Below are positions 58,453 through 64,000 of a stretch of 64,000 nucleotides of DNA, one piece after another. The notes beneath the pieces are model-generated. The model had not been told where the DNA came from. It made no database searches and was given only the letters and a program-made list of their open reading frames with translations. Numbering within the stretch: position 1 is the first letter of the stretch; every line of letters starts with the position of its first letter. The DNA is from an uncultured bacterium (GTDB lineage: Bacteria; Oederibacteriota; JAAXVQ01; JAUVAV01). The translations under genes and the position numbers were made by a program. The stretch spans positions 64,001 through 128,000 of the forward strand of contig CAVQBK010000002.1 of assembly GCA_963710755.1 (NCBI GenBank), given 5' to 3'.

Positions 58453-59670
58453 TCATTGAGATAACCTAAGTCGAACAAACTTTCTTTTTCCTACTTGCAG
58501 GATCATACCGTCTTCGATTAAAATATCAGCATTTTTGTCATTACATTTTTTTTGACTGATTTGTACTGCTCCTTGTTGAATCATGCGTTGGGCTTCTCCA
58601 TTGCTGGAAACCAATTTAGTCATAGAAAGCAGCTTTATCAACCATATTTTTCCATCTTTTAAATCTGCTAAAGAAATTAAAAATTCGTCCATTTCATCGG
58701 GCAACCCACTGTTCTTAAAGATTCGGTCGAATTCCTCTTGAGCTTGATCTGCTTTTTGGGTGGAATGATATTGACTGACCAATTGGTGGGCCAGCCGTGC
58801 TTTTAAGTCGCGGGGATGGACCAAATTTTGATGGAATTGCTTTTGAACCGACTCCAAATCGTCTTGACCCAAATCGGTCAATAATTCATAATATTTGAGC
58901 ATCAAGGTGTCGGGAATGCTCATTATTTTTCCAAACATTTCTTTGGGGGCTTCAGTAACCCCGACGTAGTTGCCTAAACTTTTGGACATTTTCTGCACGC
59001 CATCCAATCCTTCCAACAGGGGCATGGCAATAATAACTTCCGGTGCTTGACCTTCCTCCTGTTGCAATGACCGGGCCACCAGGCAATTGAATAGTTGATC
59101 AGTACCGCATAGTTCAATATCTGATTTTAACACCACCGAATCATATCCTTGAATGAGGGGATAAAGGAACTCATGGACGCCAATAGGACGACCTTCTTTA
59201 AAGCGTTTTTCAAAATCATCGCGCTCCATGATTCTGGCCACGGTATAACGGGCAGCCAGTTTGATGACATCCGCAAAGGCCATGCCTTGACACCAGGTAC
59301 TGTTGTAAACGATTTCCGTCTTTTGGGGATCGAGAATTTTAAACACTTGTTCCTGATAAGTCCGGGCGTTTTGTTTTATCTGTTCAGGTGAAAGTGCAGG
59401 ACGGGTAGTCGAACGGCCGGTAGGATCACCAATCATGGCGGTAAAATCACCGATTAAAAATTGGATATGATGACCCAAGTCTTGGAGCTGTCGCAGTTTT
59501 CTTAACACTACTGTATGACCAAGATGAATATCCGGCGCCGAAGGATCGGCGCCATATTTAACTTTTAACGGCCGTTTGGTGTCTAATTTTTCTAATAATT
59601 CTTGTTCCCCTATAATTTCCGAGGTATGTTGTTTTATCAGCGATAAGGTGGCATTGGTTGACAATGGCAT
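58453..59670 (-). CDS. tyrS: tyrosine--tRNA ligase
   Basis: GADPSAPDIHLGH, YPLIQGYD, KMSKS, S4 domain VGKRKF. Confidence 0.96.
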   Translation of the reverse strand: MPLSTNATLSLIKQHTSEIIGEQELLEKLDTKRPLKVKYGADPSAPDIHLGHTVVLRKLRQLQDLGHHIQFLIGDFTAMIGDPTGRSTTRPALSPEQIKQNARTYQEQVFKILDPQKTEIVYNSTWCQGMAFADVIKLAARYTVARIMERDDFEKRFKEGRPIGVHEFLYPLIQGYDSVVLKSDIELCGTDQLFNCLVARSLQQEEGQAPEVIIAMPLLEGLDGVQKMSKSLGNYVGVTEAPKEMFGKIMSIPDTLMLKYYELLTDLGQDDLESVQKQFHQNLVHPRDLKARLAHQLVSQYHSTQKADQAQEEFDRIFKNSGLPDEMDEFLISLADLKDGKIWLIKLLSMTKLVSSNGEAQRMIQQGAVQISQKKCNDKNADILIEDGMILQVGKRKFVRLRLSQ

Positions 59671-60117
59671 TAACTCCTGATGTAAAAGTTCCCCTTGCCA
59701 AGGCCGGGGCAATCTGAAGACGTCTGGAAATGGTTGTGAAGCTGTTATTTTTTTACCTTGGCCTATTTGGTGGTGACCAAAAAATGTTGGCTTACTCTAG
59801 CATTGGCGGATTGGTTTTTCAATGCAAAAATCGGACATCAGTCGCATGCATGGTCCGTCTAATTCGCGCCAACCAAGCCGCGCCTATTGGTGCAGAAGCA
59901 TTAAAAATCACAAGTCACCCCTGTATCATTTCAATCTAACCAATTTGGTTATATGATTAAGCATTATAACCGCTATTTTGTTGGCGTTTAAGCCAGTGCA
60001 AGGGTTCCTATCCAGCATTGGCCATGGCATGTTAAAATATTTTCCTTTTACTATAGGCGATGGTCTTTTTATGCTAAAATAACCACGATTATTTTTTATG
60101 GAGGATTTGTATTACCC

Positions 60118-62391
60118 ATGGGTTCCGATTTAACTCCCCAAGATAACGACCGCTCCTTTTCCGGAGATGATTTGGATTACTTAAGAGGCTCCAAACCTTC
60201 TTTTAAGCGACCACCTACAAACGATCAAAATGGACGCTGGACCTTTAAAAGGATTTTAATTCTTCTTATTTTCCTCGGTGGCAGCATCCTGGCAGGTATT
60301 GGGTTTGGGATCATTGTCACCTATTTGGGTGAAATCCCCCTGGTCTCCGATCTCAAAGCTTATAAACCTTCCCTCTCCACCAAAATCTATGACTGCCATG
60401 GTCAATTGATTACAGAGCTTTTTTCCGAAAAGCGCACGCTCATCAGTATGGATGATGTCCCGGATAATATGAAAAATGCCATTATTGCCATTGAAGACAA
60501 TAATTTTTATCACCACTTCGGCGTTGATTTCGGTGGTGTTATCCGCTCGGCCATTACCAACATTGTGCGCGGCAGTTACAGTCAGGGCTTCTCTACGATT
60601 ACCATGCAACTTCCCAGGAACATGTTTCTAACCAGGGAAAAAACCATTGAGCGCAAAATCAAGGAAATTTTACTGGCTTTTCAAATCGAACGCACCTATA
60701 CCAAACGGGAAATTTTGGAAATGTATTTGAACCAGATATATTTGGGAAGTGGCGCCTACGGTATCGAAGCCGCGGCCAGAAAATATTTTGGCAAACATGC
60801 CAAAGATCTCAACTTGCCTGAAGCCGCACTAATTGCCGGACTGCCGCGGGCACCCAACGGCTATAATCCTTATCGCTATCCAGACCGGGCTTTGAAACGG
60901 CGTAATTTGGTGCTTACCCAGATGCAACGGTTGGGCTACATTTCCCAGGAAGAAGCTATTCAAGCCAAGAATACGCCACTCACTTTATCGTCAGTGGATG
61001 TTTCCGATGCACCTTATTTTGTCGAATATGTGCGCCAGCAGCTGGAAGAACGCTATGGCAGCAACGCCATTTACCGTTCCGGCTTAAAAGTGTTCACCAC
61101 GCTCGATCTAAATATGCAACGGATGGCCCAAGATGCCATGAATGAGGGCATCTTGGATGCAGAAGCCATTATTAAACCACATTTACAAAACACCCCTGGG
61201 CAAACCCCGGAAACCGTCCAATGTGCCTTGGTCCTGATTGAACCTGCCACTGGAGAAATCAAAGCATTGATAGGCGGCCGCGATTTCCAAGAGAGCAAAT
61301 TCAATCGCGCCGTTCAGGCCGAGCGTCAGCCCGGGTCAGCCTTCAAACCCTTTGTCTATGCAACGGCTTTCAAACAGGGCTATACCCAGGCTGATATTAT
61401 TTTAGATACCCCCGTGGTATTCAAAGATGATCTGGGCAAAGTGTGGAAACCGGAAAATTTTTCCAACCGCTTTTTCGGCCCCACCACCTTACGAACAGCT
61501 TTGACGCACTCACGCAATGTGGTTACCGTTAAATTGCTGGACAAAATCGGGGTAAATAATGTCATCAAAACCGCCCGGTTAATGGGGATTAAAAGCCCCC
61601 TCAAACCTTTTCTGACACTAGCCTTGGGGGCATCGGAAGTCAATTTGTTGGAGCTGGTCTCTGCTTATGGTGCCTTTCCTAACCGAGGCATCCGGGTGGA
61701 GCCCTACAGCATTATGCGCGTGGAAGATTCCAACGGCCGAATTCTGGAGGACAAGACGCCCTTGCGGGAAGAAGCGCTGGACGAGGCTACAGCCAGCATT
61801 ATGTGTAATGTACTTCAAAATGTTGTTAATCATGGCACGGGTTACACAGCCCGGCGTATGGGGTTCAAACCGCCGGCTGGAGGTAAGACCGGCACCACCA
61901 ATGATTTTACCGATGGTTGGTTTCTGGGTTTTACCAGTGAATATGTTGCCGGCGTTTGGATAGGTCTGGATTCCCACAACAGTATGGGCCGCGGTGTAAC
62001 CGGAGGCCGGGTAGCCTGTCCCATTTGGACCAAGTTAATGCTCAAACTTTACCAGGACCACACACCTCCCAACTTCACCTCCCCCGACAGCGTGGAATCC
62101 GTAGATTTTTGCAAACTTTCAGGTCTTCTGGCCAATGATGCCTGTGGCAAATATAGAACCACCGGAGCCTTTGCTATCGGAACCGCCCCTACGCAACATT
62201 GCGATCTTCATCCTGACCACGGGTTGCCTGGAAGCAATGGCCTGAACTTGAATATGTCGCCTGACTTAGCGGATGTAAACTCGGACAGCGAAACAGGGGA
62301 AACGGGCAATACCTCCTCTCCTGGCCCCAGTAGCAGATCCTCTTCCCCGGCGCCGGCCAAAAACAGTCCTGGCCGCCCACCGATGTTCTAA
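60118..62391 (+). CDS. class A penicillin-binding protein 1A
   Basis: TM; TG motifs EDNNFYHH, STITMQ, RKIKE, YLNQIY; TP motifs SAFK, SRN, KTG; Cys-rich C-terminal domain. Confidence 0.94.
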   Translation: MGSDLTPQDNDRSFSGDDLDYLRGSKPSFKRPPTNDQNGRWTFKRILILLIFLGGSILAGIGFGIIVTYLGEIPLVSDLKAYKPSLSTKIYDCHGQLITELFSEKRTLISMDDVPDNMKNAIIAIEDNNFYHHFGVDFGGVIRSAITNIVRGSYSQGFSTITMQLPRNMFLTREKTIERKIKEILLAFQIERTYTKREILEMYLNQIYLGSGAYGIEAAARKYFGKHAKDLNLPEAALIAGLPRAPNGYNPYRYPDRALKRRNLVLTQMQRLGYISQEEAIQAKNTPLTLSSVDVSDAPYFVEYVRQQLEERYGSNAIYRSGLKVFTTLDLNMQRMAQDAMNEGILDAEAIIKPHLQNTPGQTPETVQCALVLIEPATGEIKALIGGRDFQESKFNRAVQAERQPGSAFKPFVYATAFKQGYTQADIILDTPVVFKDDLGKVWKPENFSNRFFGPTTLRTALTHSRNVVTVKLLDKIGVNNVIKTARLMGIKSPLKPFLTLALGASEVNLLELVSAYGAFPNRGIRVEPYSIMRVEDSNGRILEDKTPLREEALDEATASIMCNVLQNVVNHGTGYTARRMGFKPPAGGKTGTTNDFTDGWFLGFTSEYVAGVWIGLDSHNSMGRGVTGGRVACPIWTKLMLKLYQDHTPPNFTSPDSVESVDFCKLSGLLANDACGKYRTTGAFAIGTAPTQHCDLHPDHGLPGSNGLNLNMSPDLADVNSDSETGETGNTSSPGPSSRSSSPAPAKNSPGRPPMF

Positions 62392-62792
62392 GCCGGTAAA
62401 GCCGGAAATAAATATCATTCCCATGCATACCCTACGGGTTAAGCCCCAAAGACGCAAAGTTAAAGGCTTTCTAAAATACTTAATATTTTTTGCCTTGCTT
62501 GGTGTACGTTAATTACTTCGTTCTTGCGTTATGACATTTCATCAGGAATGTAAGAAAGAAATATTCTTGATCTTACCGAATCTCCTTGTATATAAGTTAT
62601 ATAAAGTGGACAACGTGTTGCTATAATTGAAATTTTTTCCAACAACAAGAACTAACGACTCATGACCAACCCGGACTTAGCCACGAATAAGGAAAAGTGC
62701 AAAGGTAAAAGAAATCAGCAGCTAGATTTCGTGTCTCCAAGATCTACGTCTTTAGCAAAGATACTAGTCTTTCCCTCCCACCTCTGGTATAA

Positions 62793-62816
62793 GAAATGGT
62801 CGCGACCGTTCCCTAC
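62793..62816 (-). repeat. GTAG-type REP-like palindrome (single, degenerate)
   Basis: Minus strand GTAGGGAACGGTCGCGACCATTTC: a GTAG tetramer followed by a palindrome. Confidence 0.5.
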
Positions 62817-62886
62817 AAACGAACAGAAGGATTTTATTAACTGCAGAAATACGCCGATTTTGTGGACCTGGTAAAAGGAAATAGGT

Positions 62887-62924
62887 AAAAAAAAACCCTG
62901 CCATCAAAATGATGGCAGGGTTTT
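62887..62924 (-). terminator. intrinsic terminator after ppdK
   Basis: aaaaccctgccatca-aaa-tgatggcagggtttt with a poly-T tail on the minus strand. Confidence 0.88.
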
Positions 62925-62936
62925 GAGTTTACTCCC

Positions 62937-64000
62937 TTATTTCTTTTTGACGCTTTTTTTAGCGGTTTTAACTGCTTTTTTAACCACTTTTTTAGCGGCT
63001 TTTTTTGCCGTGGTTGCAGATTTTTTCACGCTTTTCTTGGCGCCGACATTTGCCGCCTTCTCATCCAATACAGCATGGGCTGCTGCCAACCGGGCAATGG
63101 GCACCCGATAAGGCGAGCAGGAGACATAAGCTAAGCCTACTTGGTGGCAAAATTTAACTGACGCCGGATCACCGCCGTGTTCTCCGCAAATGCCCAATTT
63201 AATATTGGGCCTTACAGAACGGCCTTTGTCCACGGCCATGCGTACCAATTGGCCAACACCCTTGACATCCAGAGTCTGGAAAGGGTCTTTCTCCATGATT
63301 TTTTCATCCATGTACTGAGTAATGATTCTGCCGGTGTCATCACGGGAGAATCCAAAGGTGGTTTGAGTTAAATCGTTAGTACCGAAAGAAAAGAATTCCG
63401 CTTCCTGGGCAATTTCATCGGCAGTCACCGCGGCCCGGGGCAGTTCGATCATGGTGCCAATGGAATATTTAAACTTGGCTCCTTGTTCCTTCTTCACCTG
63501 AGCAAGCACTTTTTCAGCAAGGGCTTTTTGGTTTTTCAGCTCATTGACATTGCCCACCAGGGGAATCATGATTTCCGGCACAACCTGATTGCCTTCGGCA
63601 TTACAGGCAGCAGCTGCTTCCGCAATGGCCCGCACCTGCATTTCCGTGATTTCCGGATAGGCAATCCCCAACCGGCAGCCGCGATGGCCTAGCATGGGGT
63701 TGAGTTCGTGTAGTTGGCTGACCCGTTCCAGCAGTCTCTTCTTTTCCGCCAAGGACGGATCATTGGGATTGGAAACTTCCATTCTGGCAATCTCAACCAT
63801 CAACTCTTCGCGTTTGGGCAGGAATTCATGCAGAGGCGGATCAAGCAAGCGGATGGTGACCGGATAGCCTTTCATGCTGTCGAACAAGCCTTTGAAATCA
63901 CTGCGCTGCATGGGCAGCAATTTTTCCAAAGCTACGCGCCGGCCGTCTACGTCCTTGGCCAAGATCATGGCTTGCATATGGGGCAGGCGGTCTTCCGCAA
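62937..64000 (-). CDS. ppdK: pyruvate, phosphate dikinase (3' part; truncated by window edge)
   Basis: [59 protein letters not shown], followed by a Lys/Ala/Val-rich tail. Confidence 0.96.
   Translation of the reverse strand, partial: AEDRLPHMQAMILAKDVDGRRVALEKLLPMQRSDFKGLFDSMKGYPVTIRLLDPPLHEFLPKREELMVEIARMEVSNPNDPSLAEKKRLLERVSQLHELNPMLGHRGCRLGIAYPEITEMQVRAIAEAAAACNAEGNQVVPEIMIPLVGNVNELKNQKALAEKVLAQVKKEQGAKFKYSIGTMIELPRAAVTADEIAQEAEFFSFGTNDLTQTTFGFSRDDTGRIITQYMDEKIMEKDPFQTLDVKGVGQLVRMAVDKGRSVRPNIKLGICGEHGGDPASVKFCHQVGLAYVSCSPYRVPIARLAAAHAVLDEKAANVGAKKSVKKSATTAKKAAKKVVKKAVKTAKKSVKKK

Noticed and set aside
62424-62480. c-di-GMP-I riboswitch (gacgcaaag)
   Set aside because: No GGCAAA/GNRA P2 stem, and the site is downstream of convergent genes.
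62575-62615. dif site or DnaA-box cluster
   Set aside because: Only one XerD-like arm with no XerC arm, and no cluster of TTATCCACA boxes.
62662-62874. 70-aa ORF between pbp1A and ppdK
   Set aside because: No RBS or recognisable motif, and it crosses a REP-like palindrome.

Overview
This is a 64 kb chromosomal window from an anaerobic, probably diderm bacterium of mid-range GC. Taxonomy cannot be fixed from the sequence alone. Almost all genes lie on the minus strand, and no integrase, transposase, cas gene or CRISPR array was seen. Contents in order: an NrdR-controlled class III ribonucleotide reductase operon whose glycyl-radical domain is a separate 45-aa gene missed by the ORF track; a GldA/GldF/GldG/DUF4340-type ABC module; a signalling locus (orphan solute-binding proteins, a beta-barrel-like protein, a sigma54 promoter in front of an ECF sigma gene, a histidine kinase and a degenerate enhancer-binding protein); PIN-PhoH and ilvE; a three-PilZ envelope locus with a degenerate M23 lipoprotein; EF-G2, a GGDEF protein and an M18 peptidase; a PerR-rubrerythrin-flavodiiron oxidative-stress operon; hemerythrin and SulP; SAM-I riboswitch-controlled metX-metW; a rhomboid; a 12.3 x 42 bp spacerless tandem array; an NtrC-type regulator; tRNA-Cys, tRNA-Gly and tRNA-Leu; ExeA and TPR genes; an AT-rich MerR-GGDEF fusion; tyrS, PBP1A and the 3' part of ppdK. 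The most notable items are the split NrdD, the 42-bp array, the sigma54-to-ECF cascade, and recurring histone-H1-like lysine-rich tails.
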